Source: Eledone cirrhosa
Taxonomy: Eukaryota
Length of the DNA: 64,000 bases
Reading direction: 5' to 3'
Assembly (NCBI GenBank): GCA_964016885.1
Contig: OZ024745.1
Coordinates: 121,210,001-121,274,000, forward strand
Shown here: one piece after another, positions 38,820 to 49,069 of the stretch
How positions within the stretch are numbered: position 1 is the stretch's first letter
Layout: every line of letters starts with the position of its first letter
Translations under genes and position numbers: made by a program
Notes under the pieces: generated by a model
The model's input: only the letters and a program-made list of their open reading frames with translations
Told to the model about the DNA's origin: nothing
The model's database searches: none

Positions 38820-40328
38820 TCTGTTTGGTTTGGGTGCTGTCAGGGGTGTAGCCGTACTCACCATGCTATCTTGGACATCTGTTTGGTTTGGGTGCTGTCA
38901 GGGGTGTAGCCGTACTCATCATGCTATCTTGGACATCTGTTTGGTTTTGGTGCTGTCAGGGGTGTAGCCGTACTCACCATGCTATCTTGGACATCTGTTT
39001 GGTTTTGGTGCTGTCAGGGGTGTAGCCGTACTCACCATGCTATCTTGGACATCTGTTTGGTTTTGGTGCTGTCAGGGGTGTAGCCGTACTCATCATGCTA
39101 TCTTGGACATCTGTTTGGTTTTGGTGCTGTCAGGGGTGTAGCCGTACTCACCATGCTATCTTGGACATCTGTTTGGTTTTGGTGCTGTCAGGGGTGTAGC
39201 CGTACTCACCATGCTATCTTGGACATCTGTTTGGTTTTGGTGCTGTCAGGGGTGTAGCCGTACTCATCATGCTATCTTGGACATCTGTTTGGTTTTGGTG
39301 TTGTCAGGGGTGTAGCCGTACTCATCATGCTATCTTGGACATCTGTTTGGTTTTGGTGCTGTCAGGGGTGTAGCCGTACTCACCATGCTATCTTGGACAT
39401 CTGTTTGGTTTGGGTGCTGTCAGGGGTGTAGCCGTACTCATCATGCTATCTTGGACATCTGTTTGGTTTTGGTGTTGTCAGGGGTGTAGCCGTACTCATC
39501 ATGCTATCTTGGACATCTGTTTGGTTTTTGGTCCTGTCAGGGGTGTAGCCGTACTCATCATGCTATCTTGGACATCTGTTTGGTTTTGGTGCTGTCAGGG
39601 GTGTAGCCGTACTCATCATGCTATCTTGGACATCTGTTTGGTTTGGGTGCTGTCAGGGGTGTAGCCGTACTCATCATGCTATCTTGGACATCTGTTTGGT
39701 TTGGGTGCTGTCAGGGGTGTAGCCGTACTCACCATGCTATCTTGGACATCTGTTTGGTTTGGGTGCTGTCAGGGGTGTAGCCGTACTCATCATGCTATCT
39801 TGGACATCTGTTTGGTTTTGGTGTTGTCAGGGGTGTAGCCGTACTCATCATGCTATCTTGGACATCTGTTTGGTTTTTGGTCCTGTCAGGGGTGTAGCCG
39901 TACTCATCATGCTATCTTGGACATCTGTTTGGTTTTGGTGCTGTCAGGGGTGTAGCCGTACTCATCATGCTATCTTGGACATCTGTTTGGTTTTGGTGCT
40001 GTCAGGGGTGTAGCCGTACTCACCATGCTATCTTGGACATCTGTTTGGTTTGGGTGCTGTCAGGGGTGTAGCCGTACTCATCATGCTATCTTGGACATCT
40101 GTTTGGTTTTGGTGTTGTCAGGGGTGTAGCCGTACTCATCATGCTATCTTGGACATCTGTTTGGTTTTGGTGCTGTCAGGGGTGTAGCCGTACTCATCAT
40201 GCTATCTTGGACATCTGTTTGGTTTTTGGTGCTGTCAGGGGTGTAGCCGTACTCACCATGCTCGCTTGGCCATCTGTTTGGTTTTGGTCCTGTCAGGGGT
40301 GTAGCCGTACTCACCATGCTCGCTTGGC
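38820..40328. repeat. 58-bp minisatellite, about 26 copies
   Basis: Unit CTGTTTGGTTTTGGTGCTGTCAGGGGTGTAGCCGTACTCAYCATGCTATCTTGGACAT. Confidence 0.97.
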
Positions 40329-40587
40329 AAATTGTGGGTTGGTGAGGTTATTTAAACCATAGTTGGGGTGGATGGCTGTTGATTCTGAGGAGTTGATCCA
40401 CCCTTTTAACATTTCTTGTTTTTTTGTGCTACTGGGGTTCCACTTACCCTCCTTTCCAGACCAGGGTCTAGTGGGGGAGCCGATTTAATTGCCGACTGTT
40501 CAACCATGAAACAGGTTTTACTAGGTTACATGGTACCAGTAGCAGGCAGGAGCCTGACCTCACTCAACACCTAATAGCTCACTTTAA

Positions 40588-40807
40588 CCCTTTAGCATTT
40601 ATCTTACTCTATATATACTATTATATTTTCACGGTAAAGGTTTTGTTTCACTGTTAGATTGTCTTAGAAGAGAATCGCTGGGCAGTTGATATTATCTATT
40701 TTGTGGATAATACCTTATTAGAGGTATCAGTGGCTAGTTACAGCCGGTTTGAACAGAAAGAGGTGAGAGAGTTCTGGCCGGATACAGCCGGTTTAAATGC
40801 TAAAGGT
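40588..40807. mobile_element. piggyBac-type MITE
   Basis: TTAA|CCCTTTAGCATTTA ... TAAATGCTAAAGGT|TTAA. Confidence 0.7.
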
Positions 40808-41719
40808 TTAATCATTAATTTACAATCCAATAATCAAAGCATAATTATAATTTCTGAATCTCATAAATTGTTGTAGGCATAGAAACTCTTTAAGTTAGTT
40901 ATTAATAAGGCACGAAACCAGTGAAATGTTGCCAGCGTGCATTAACACGGAAGCAGAGTAGACCACAGCTGTCTATCATTCATGTGTAATCTGCTCCCTT
41001 TTCATCCCATGATAACTTTCCAAACAGGAGTTTTACACCAGAAAATATATTTGATACAATTAACCCTTTTGATACCAACCTGCGTGATGGCACATGGCTT
41101 AGAGGTTAGAGAATTAGATTCGAAATCGTGAGGTCGTGAGTGCGATTCCCGGACCGGGTGATGCGTTATGTCCTTGAGCAAGACACTTTATTTCACGTTT
41201 CTCCTTCTGCATGGATTTGCGACCGACAGATAGTATTAGCAATTGGAAAGACCAATGGAAACATTTTTTCCTCGGTCTGATTTGACGAGCTCCACCTCAT
41301 CATATGTATGTATTGGAAATCCTTGGTACAGTTAGGTATATTTGAAAAAAAGGAAAATAATGACTTCACTTCTAGTTTTAAACAATTTTATTTAATTTTA
41401 TAATATTATGATTTGTATCATAATATTATAAAATTAAATCAAATTGTTTAGAACTACAAGTGAAGTCATTCTTTTCCTTTTTTCAAATATATATATATAT
41501 AATAGCAGGGTGTGTATAGTATGTGTTTATATAAAACAAACATGATAGCCTCGCTATCAAAGAAAAATACATAGTGTTGACTTTTGTACAATGTCGCTTA
41601 ATGGGAACAATATGTATTTGTGTATCTTTATGAATTCTTGTTTGTGTATGTGTGTATATTGAATAGATATGTATATGTGCACATATGTGTGTATATGTAT
41701 GTACTTATATATGTGAGTG

Positions 41720-41757
<38 letters not shown>

Positions 41758-41759
<2 letters not shown>

Positions 41760-42030
41760 TCGGCAAACACGGGATTGGAAAATTCAAGGCTAATGGACGC
41801 CTCCTTCTTGAACCCTGTGCAGAAAACGACCTGAAGGATACGACACCCTCTTCTGTGTTCCAGCCCGCCACAAAACAACCTGGCAACATTCGAGGTCAAA
41901 ACACTGGCATATTCTTGATTACGTGTTGTCAAGGATCCGAGACAAAAAGGATGTGAGGATCACCAGATCCTTACCAGGCTGGACTGATCACCGGCTTGTG
42001 TGTTATCTCGTCTCAACCTTTCCATCCGTG
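41758..42030 (+). mobile_element. RTE-clade endonuclease fragment
   Basis: LGKHGIGKFKANGRLLLEPCAENDL ... TWQHSRSKHWHILDYVL ... WTDHRLV across frameshifts. Confidence 0.75.
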
Positions 42031-42310
42031 CACACCTCAAATCTCCATCTCACTTAACTTTTGAAAATCATCAAACTTGTGAAACCGGTTAAGTTATAAA
42101 TTATTGATTGTAAATAAACCTACTTAAAGACCTCAATTGCATTTTCAATTTATTTTTCCTATATTTTTACGTATGGCAGCGATAATGAGGGACAGAGACC
42201 GCTGGAGAGAACTCGTCCATGGATCTCGGGAATTTTACCCGCCTTAGATAGATAGATATATATATATATATATATTTATATGTGTGTGTGTGTATGTGTG
42301 TGTTTATATA

Positions 42311-42399
<89 letters not shown>

Positions 42400-42593
42400 C
42401 TGTATTTTTGTTCATGAAAACCTGTCTTAGAGACACAAATGAATGAACTTCATGTTTCATTGACTAGTTTGCTCTATTTCTTTTCTTAATTTTTTTTTTT
42501 ACTATTACAGAATTATAAAGAAATAAAAACGTCAATAACCACGATAACAACAACTACAACTATAACAATAACAACAATAACAACAATAATTAC

Positions 42594-42691
42594 CTTTCCG
42601 AAACCGTAATATCCAGAGGAACAAACGTATCACGTGTGCAACTTTCTCCAATTCCTTTGTGGAGTGATTTTTCTCCGAAAATATGTTTGTT
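42594..42691 (-). CDS. Candidate 98-nt coding exon abutting the retrotransposon tail (TNIFSEKNHSTKELEKVAHVIRLFLWILRFRK, phase 2 to 1)
   Basis: (att)15 ttgcAG|A ACA AAC ... AAA G|GTAATT. Short unique island between microsatellites, with canonical splice sites. Confidence 0.5.
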
Positions 42692-42697
42692 CTGCAA

Positions 42698-42744
<47 letters not shown>

Positions 42745-43005
42745 TTTCTTTATTAACCACAAGGGTTTACATAAAGTAGACATTAAGGACAGTGCAGGAC
42801 AATGCAGGACGGTACAAATGGGCATTTCTGCGTGTAAAAAAAACAAAAATAGAGGATGTAACAAAAATAACAATGAAAATAACAATGAAAAATTCCCCAA
42901 TAGGGGGGAGACTTCGGAGGGACATTTGTGGAGAAAGCCCAGTAAAAAGCCACAATGACCCTGACCACCAAGGCAAGTGCCCTCTCCCAGTTTTCCACCT
43001 TTAGT

Positions 43006-46000
43006 TTACAGATATATACTCAGAGTCGGCCCATTCACTCGGGCCATTCTTGCTTCTCTCACCCATCTTTCAACAAAATGCTGGGAAGAGAGCACTTCCT
43101 TCTCTACTCTGATTTTCCTTTTCAAATGAAATTTGAAAAAGTCAATCAGAGCATCACCGAAGAGGTAAGTGCTCGTCTTCAGCCCTTTCAAACGTGTCCA
43201 CCATACTATCTCTTTCGCCATGGCCACCAGACAGATAAAAACTGCCTGCCCTTCCCGGCTAAAGGAGGAGGGCGGGGCAATCCTCACGATAGACTCAGAT
43301 GATAGCTGGATCCGTCCTAAACGCGACAGCAGGTGTTCGACATAAACCCACAAGTCAGCAATTTTCGGACACTGGACGAGTGCGTGCAGGACGGTTTCGT
43401 CGCCCTGCGCGCATCTCGGACATGCCCGGCTGACGGCACCTCCATGCCTGTAGAGTTTATCCCGAACTGGCAAGGCTCCTCGGTAGCACTGCCAGGCCAG
43501 AGATTTCTGGAAGTTGTCCATAGGCCCTGGCCCGAAGGTTCTTCCGAAGAGATTGGCTAGTTGATTTTCGTCGACGCCTAGAGTTTCCCCAAGTACGTCG
43601 TCGCTCTTCCCCTCCACTAATCCTCTATAGAACGCCGAGGTGGAGTTTCCACCGATCACATTGCCCGATTGGTCGAGGGCTGTGAGCGCCTGAAGACATT
43701 CCAGTCTCCAGGCGCTCCCTCTCGGTCTTCGCTTGACCCAGGACTGCAGCTCCGTCAAGGAAACGAGCTGGGGAAAAACGCGTCTAGCAAACGGCGACCA
43801 CACCTGATCACCGTCGAGGAAGAGGTGGAGATGTCGTAGCCTGAGCGCGTGCCTGCGCATCATCAGCCACGGCATGCCCAGCCCTCCACGTAGCGGGTGT
43901 TGACAACAGATGGACCGCCTGACCATCGGAGCACGTCCCTTCCACAAAAAGCGAAAGAGCAAACGCTCCAGCGCAGTCAGGCGAGGCTTAGGACAAGGTA
44001 CGACGGTTAGGCGGTAGCAGATGACAGACGCGATGTACGCGTTAGCCACCTCCGCTCGACCTTTCAGGGATAGCTTCCTCTCCGCCCATTTCTGGGTGAG
44101 AGAAGCCACCCTGCTCGTCACCTCGTCCCAGTTTTTGTCCGTCTGGAGGTCCGGACCGAACCAGACCCCTAGCAATTTAACCGGTCCGTCCGTCCAGCGC
44201 CCGACGACGCTGTTGGACGGCATGGACCTGCCTCTCCAGGTGCCGAGCTGCAGGCCCACTGACTTTTCCTGGTTGATCATTGCTCCTGTCACCGCTTCGT
44301 ATTCTCTTAGTGTAGTGCCGATCGCCTCGATGTGTTTGGCGTTCGACACCACTACGGTGACATCGTCCGCATATGCTGACACGGATCTTCCGCATCCTAG
44401 TTCGCGCGGGACCCCCCTCAACGTCTCCAGTTTGTGCAGTAATGGCTCGAGAGTCAATACGTACAAGAGGGACGAGAGGGGACATCCTTGGCGGACCGAG
44501 CGCATGATGTTGAACGGTTCCGACAGGTGACCGTTCACTCTCACCACAGAGCAGATGTCGCTGTGCATGGCAGCGATCCAGCCTCTGAAGACGGGCCCAA
44601 AGCCAGCCGCCCTCAGGACTGCCGCTAGGTAACGATGGTCGACCCTATCGAAAGCTTTCGACTGATCTAAATTGATCAAGGACCCACCCGTGCCAGGTTC
44701 CCTAGCTACCCTCTCTACGATGTATCGCATGAGGTGGAGGTTGTCGTGGATGGATCTGTCGGGAATGGCGCATGTCTGCGCCTCTCCCACCAGACCACCA
44801 ACGACAAGCGCCAACCTCTTTGCTAGCACCTTGGCCAAAATCTTAAACTCTGTGTTTAGCAGAGTTATGGGCCGGAAATTGTCTATGTTATCCCCCTTGT
44901 TCGGATCCTTTCTCAGCAGTGCCACCGCTCCTCGGCTCACAGAACTGGGAATTCTCCCGTTCTGTTGCCAGTTGCAGTAGACGTCCGCCAAGAGGCCTTC
45001 GAACAAGTCTGGCATCTGTACGTAAAGTTCATAGGGCAGACCATCCAAACCAGGCGATTTACCCCTTGTGCAGCCAGTCATTGCCTCCCGTACTTCAGCG
45101 GCTGTTATCGGCTTTTCGCAACACCTCGCCTCAGTGGCCGAGAGCCGCGGCAGTCCGTCGAGGTAGACACTAAAGTCCATCCCTCTACCCGGCCCCCCGC
45201 TGCCCCCGAACAGCTGAGCGAAGTGTCGCTGAAAAGCTTCACACATTTGCCCGGGATCGAGTAGCATGCGCCCGTCGTGGTCCACCAAAGACCGGATCGT
45301 GGCTTTGTTGCCACGACGCGCCTCCGCCACTCGGGCCCATTGAACGGCTTTCGTCCCCTCGTGTCTGAGAGCACGCACCCTTGCTCTGACAACGCAGCCT
45401 TCGTGCTTTGCATTGAAGAATTGGTCAAGGGCCAATTTCGCCGCAAGCACGTCGGTCGCAATGCCTTTGCTAAGCGCCTCGTCTAATTTTCTAACTAGTT
45501 CTCCCTCTGCTCTATTTTTCTCTATTGCTAAAGCCTTACTAAACCTAATCGATTCTATTCTAATCGCTCTTTTCAGAGCAAACCACCACTTGTTGTTGAC
45601 GATGGCCCCCGTCAACGCCCGTTTAACTAGTTCGCTAATCCGGTCTCTGTAGGCCTTGCGCGCTGGTAAGGACGCGTTTAGCTTCCAGTAGCCGGGTCCT
45701 CGTCTATGAAGCCTATCTAAGTCAAGCACACAGATCACGAATTTGTGGTCCGTGTAGCTGACTATCTTGAATTGTGGACAGCCTATGCTAGACCTATCTA
45801 TTTCCCTACAAAATACTCTATCTAGATATGATCTGGATGACCCTATGCGGTTTGTCCAAGTCCACATTGGCACATTCGGGAAATCCAATCGGTACCTGTC
45901 AGACAGTTCAAAACGCCTGAGCAGGTTGGTGAGGCTCTTGCACCCTCCACCCCTATCCGCTAATCCCACACAGTCCCAGCGTGCATCTAAGATCCCGTTC

Positions 46001-46425
46001 CAGTCGCCCACTAACACTAAAGAGCGGGACGTTCCAAGAAAGGTCTCCAGACGCCGGAAGAAATCAGGCCGCCCTGCTCCTGTCGGGGCATAGACGGCCA
46101 CTAGCCTGAAAGCTTGCCCGTCTCCGCTGGTCACGTCCAGCACCACCAGCTTACCCTCTGGGTCCAGGAAGATGGCCCGTATGGCGAGATCCAAACCTCT
46201 CCGAAAAAGCACAGCAACTCCTCCACCGGATCCAGGACGGCTGGGAGATGCGTACACATCGAAGCCGCCGAAGATCGGTGCGAAGGCCCGTGCTTCGGAG
46301 ATTCTGGTCTCGCTGATGGCCACTACATCTATGTTTAGTGACCTGAGGTCGTTGAGCAGGTGACCCTGCTTCCATGACGACCCCAAGCCACGCGCATTTA
46401 TGCTGCCTATTCTGAGTGAGGTCAT
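43006..46425 (-). CDS. ORF2p: APE-type endonuclease, reverse transcriptase, C-terminal CCHC zinc finger (1139 aa)
   Basis: APE motifs SINARG, SET, GDWN, LDR, TDH. RT motifs KSPGLDG, FRPITLLN, DQSKAFD, QGCPLS, YADD. Zinc finger CPRC-x8-H-x4-C. GPGYWKLN linker is typical of L1/Tx1. Confidence 0.97.
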   Translation of the reverse strand: MTSLRIGSINARGLGSSWKQGHLLNDLRSLNIDVVAISETRISEARAFAPIFGGFDVYASPSRPGSGGGVAVLFRRGLDLAIRAIFLDPEGKLVVLDVTSGDGQAFRLVAVYAPTGAGRPDFFRRLETFLGTSRSLVLVGDWNGILDARWDCVGLADRGGGCKSLTNLLRRFELSDRYRLDFPNVPMWTWTNRIGSSRSYLDRVFCREIDRSSIGCPQFKIVSYTDHKFVICVLDLDRLHRRGPGYWKLNASLPARKAYRDRISELVKRALTGAIVNNKWWFALKRAIRIESIRFSKALAIEKNRAEGELVRKLDEALSKGIATDVLAAKLALDQFFNAKHEGCVVRARVRALRHEGTKAVQWARVAEARRGNKATIRSLVDHDGRMLLDPGQMCEAFQRHFAQLFGGSGGPGRGMDFSVYLDGLPRLSATEARCCEKPITAAEVREAMTGCTRGKSPGLDGLPYELYVQMPDLFEGLLADVYCNWQQNGRIPSSVSRGAVALLRKDPNKGDNIDNFRPITLLNTEFKILAKVLAKRLALVVGGLVGEAQTCAIPDRSIHDNLHLMRYIVERVAREPGTGGSLINLDQSKAFDRVDHRYLAAVLRAAGFGPVFRGWIAAMHSDICSVVRVNGHLSEPFNIMRSVRQGCPLSSLLYVLTLEPLLHKLETLRGVPRELGCGRSVSAYADDVTVVVSNAKHIEAIGTTLREYEAVTGAMINQEKSVGLQLGTWRGRSMPSNSVVGRWTDGPVKLLGVWFGPDLQTDKNWDEVTSRVASLTQKWAERKLSLKGRAEVANAYIASVICYRLTVVPCPKPRLTALERLLFRFLWKGRAPMVRRSICCQHPLRGGLGMPWLMMRRHALRLRHLHLFLDGDQVWSPFARRVFPQLVSLTELQSWVKRRPRGSAWRLECLQALTALDQSGNVIGGNSTSAFYRGLVEGKSDDVLGETLGVDENQLANLFGRTFGPGPMDNFQKSLAWQCYRGALPVRDKLYRHGGAVSRACPRCAQGDETVLHALVQCPKIADLWVYVEHLLSRLGRIQLSSESIVRIAPPSSFSREGQAVFICLVAMAKEIVWWTRLKGLKTSTYLFGDALIDFFKFHLKRKIRVEKEVLSSQHFVERWVREARMARVNGPTLSIYL

Positions 46426-46460
46426 GTTTAAAATAGAGTGGAAAAGATGGGAAAGACCAC

Positions 46461-48590
46461 TTACCGTACTTTTGGTAGAGGAGGGATGGTTTTTACATCC
46501 CTTTTCACTTGATCGTCTGGTGAAGGGACCGTTGAATCGTCTCTTCGGCTGGTCGTCGGCTCTTCTAAGAGAATGTCTGAGTATACTCTTCGATTGATGG
46601 TTCCTCCTAGGTCCCTGAAATCACCAACTGCGTTGGGGAATTTCGTTTTAATATTTGTGTATTGTTTCTGTGCTATTTTTAGCAGTCTTATGTTAGTTGG
46701 CGTTTTGATTGGTGCTGGTATTATGTAGTCCTGTTGTGAAATGTCTGTGTGTTCAATTATGTAAGTCATTAGTTTCTTGTTGTGTGTATTTATTGCCGTG
46801 CATTTGTTTTTCTGGGGGTGGGGTGTGGTTCTGCTATTTTCTTGTCGTTGTTGCTGGGTGTGTGTGTTTTGTTGTTGTGTTTGCGATGTTGGTGCTTGTG
46901 GTGGTGGTGTTGAAGGTGTTGTTGGCGGTGGGGTTGTCGCCGGTGGTGATGGTGGCGCTAGTGTGGGTGGTGATGGTGTTGGTGTTGTTGCTGCTGTGGG
47001 TCTCTTTGCAGTAGACTTTACCCTTTTCTCATTTCTTTCCTCCCTTTTCAAAGGCGACGATGCGCTGCTTCTGCGTTTGTGCCTTCTTACGACCTTTTGC
47101 CATCCCTCTCCCACCTCACACTCCATGTCTGATTCTGTGAGGTCGGGGAGGGGTACCAACTCCACTCTTTCACTTGTTGTTGTTGGTGATGTTTGCACTG
47201 GAGTCTCTGTTGCAGCTGCATTTGGTATTGCTGTTGTTGTTGTTAGTATTTCCACTGCTGCTGCTGTTTTTGATTTCCGTGGAGTGGGTATGGGTGCCAC
47301 GGGCCTATCGTTCCTGGTTGCCGCTTGTCCTGTTGCTGGTAGCCGTGGAGCCGGATTCGGAAGGAGGGGGGTTTTCTCCTTTCTCAGGGTCTTCTCGTTG
47401 CAGAAGGCCCTGAGGTGAGTCTTCGATCCACAGCGAAAGCATTTCGGGCGTTTGCCCTCAACACTTATGGGCAGTTGAGTGCCGTTATCGAAGTCTATCA
47501 CATCCGGGATAGCTTCGATGCACTCCTGGTTGGTTTGGATTAGCATCTCAATGGAGGAGCCGACCCAATCTTCTCTTACTTTTTTCTGTACTTGCAGTAC
47601 AGTTGTTTTGTCCTCGATTCCGACGAGGACAGACGCGGCCAGCCAAGAAGGGGTCATTCCGGGGGGGACGTGGGTCAGTTTGACCCTCACAATTTTTTGC
47701 CCGCAGTAGGAGGGCACCAACACCATTTCCTCGCTCCTTAGGGTCACTACTGATTGGGCCTTTGCCTCCTGGGGTGTGGCAAAAAGTACGTCTACGGTGG
47801 CGTATTTTTTGCCTCGGGTGATGTGCGTTTTCCTCTGCCACACAGACCCCAAGGCTTTTTGTATTTGGGCCTCTGTGGCTCTTTCCACCCTACGGGATTT
47901 TGTACTTACTGTACGGTACGTGACCGTACAGTGCTCTTGGGTTTCGAAAAAACTTTTCGCTGCCTTGCAGATTGCTCGGTGTCCGTTCTTTGTCACCATC
48001 TTCTTCGCTTCCTCTAATTCCTCATTTGTTATGAGGATTGTTTCCAAATTTTTCGCAATACCTGCAAATGAGATTGGTTTTTCTCTGCTGTTGTTGTTGT
48101 CGTCAGAGCTGCTGGTACTTTTGTTGTTGCTGCAGGTACTACGACTACTGCCTCCGCCGCTGTTGCTGTGGTTGTTGTTGGTGTTGCTGCTGCTAATGCT
48201 GTTGTTGTTTATGCTGCTGGTGATGCTGTTGCGGCTGCTACTGTTGTTTTCATTGTCACTGTTGCTGTTGTTATTACGGCTGCTACTGCTATTATTCCTG
48301 ACGTCAGACGAATGAACTGGGTTTTCGTATTTCCCGCACACCTGTTTCGTCGCTGTCGTCGTCGTCGTGGAGAAACCTTGCACGCTTTGCACGAGACTTT
48401 TCTTTTCTTTCGTCGCTTGCGAAAGAGAAGGGAGGGAGAGAGACACATTTAAAGAAGGGAGGGAGAGAGACAATCTTCTCTCTGCTGTAGTGATGATTGA
48501 GGAAGAAGAAGACGGAATGAGTGGGAGTGACGTATGAAATTTCATTTTGGTAGCCATGTTTTTTTGTTTAAAATGAAATTTTGGGTACAA
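46461..48590 (-). CDS. ORF1p: gag-like nucleic-acid-binding protein with one CCHC knuckle (709 aa; true start may be the second ATG)
   Basis: CFRCGSKTHLRAFC = Cx2Cx4Hx4C; N/S-rich and P/T-rich low-complexity tracts; ends 35 nt before ORF2. Confidence 0.9.
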   Translation of the reverse strand: MYPKFHFKQKNMATKMKFHTSLPLIPSSSSSIITTAERRLSLSLPSLNVSLSLPSLSQATKEKKSLVQSVQGFSTTTTTATKQVCGKYENPVHSSDVRNNSSSSRNNNSNSDNENNSSSRNSITSSINNNSISSSNTNNNHSNSGGGSSRSTCSNNKSTSSSDDNNNSREKPISFAGIAKNLETILITNEELEEAKKMVTKNGHRAICKAAKSFFETQEHCTVTYRTVSTKSRRVERATEAQIQKALGSVWQRKTHITRGKKYATVDVLFATPQEAKAQSVVTLRSEEMVLVPSYCGQKIVRVKLTHVPPGMTPSWLAASVLVGIEDKTTVLQVQKKVREDWVGSSIEMLIQTNQECIEAIPDVIDFDNGTQLPISVEGKRPKCFRCGSKTHLRAFCNEKTLRKEKTPLLPNPAPRLPATGQAATRNDRPVAPIPTPRKSKTAAAVEILTTTTAIPNAAATETPVQTSPTTTSERVELVPLPDLTESDMECEVGEGWQKVVRRHKRRSSASSPLKREERNEKRVKSTAKRPTAATTPTPSPPTLAPPSPPATTPPPTTPSTPPPQAPTSQTQQQNTHTQQQRQENSRTTPHPQKNKCTAINTHNKKLMTYIIEHTDISQQDYIIPAPIKTPTNIRLLKIAQKQYTNIKTKFPNAVGDFRDLGGTINRRVYSDILLEEPTTSRRDDSTVPSPDDQVKRDVKTIPPLPKVR

Positions 48591-49069
48591 AACCCCAATA
48601 ACTGGTTATTTAACCCCGAAGGGCCAAATAACGGACAGAAAGACCCCTCTCACGAGGAGGAGGGTGTCTTTATCAACAATTTGGTTCAAGTTTTAAACAA
48701 TTTACAATTGTTTTAACGGTTAAAAATTACTATACCTTACAGAGCCGAGCCTCCGTCAACCATGGCATTCAATAATAATAATAATATTAATAATAATAAT
48801 AATAATGATTTCTTTATTAACCACAAGGGTTTACATAAAGTAGACATTAAGGACAGTGCAGGACAATGCAGGACGGTACAAATGGGCATTTCTGCGTGTA
48901 AAAAAAACAAAAATAGAGGATGTAACAAAAATAACAATGAAAATAACAATGAAAAATTCCCCAATAGGGGGGAGACTTCGGAGGGACATTTGTGGAGAAA
49001 GCCCAGTAAAAAGCCACAATGACCCTGACCACCAAGGCAAGTGCCCTCTCCCAGTTTTCCACCTTTAGT

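Larger units (their letters stand above)
42743..48770 (-). mobile_element. Full-length Tx1-like (L1 clade) non-LTR retrotransposon, copy 1 (6028 bp)
   Basis: 5' end GAATGCCATGGTTGACGG, ORF1 plus ORF2, 3' UTR with AATAAA (42749-42754), then GAAATC and an (ATT)15 tail (42698-42742). Confidence 0.95.

Noticed and set aside
38820-40328. CRISPR-like appearance of regular arrays (also 12988-13520 and 55612-56409)
   Set aside because: Units are contiguous with no unique spacers, no cas genes are present, and the context is eukaryotic.
46709-48452. Plus-strand ORFs overlapping ORF1 (and equivalents in copy 2 and over ORF2)
   Set aside because: Antisense readings of low-complexity or GC-rich retrotransposon coding sequence.
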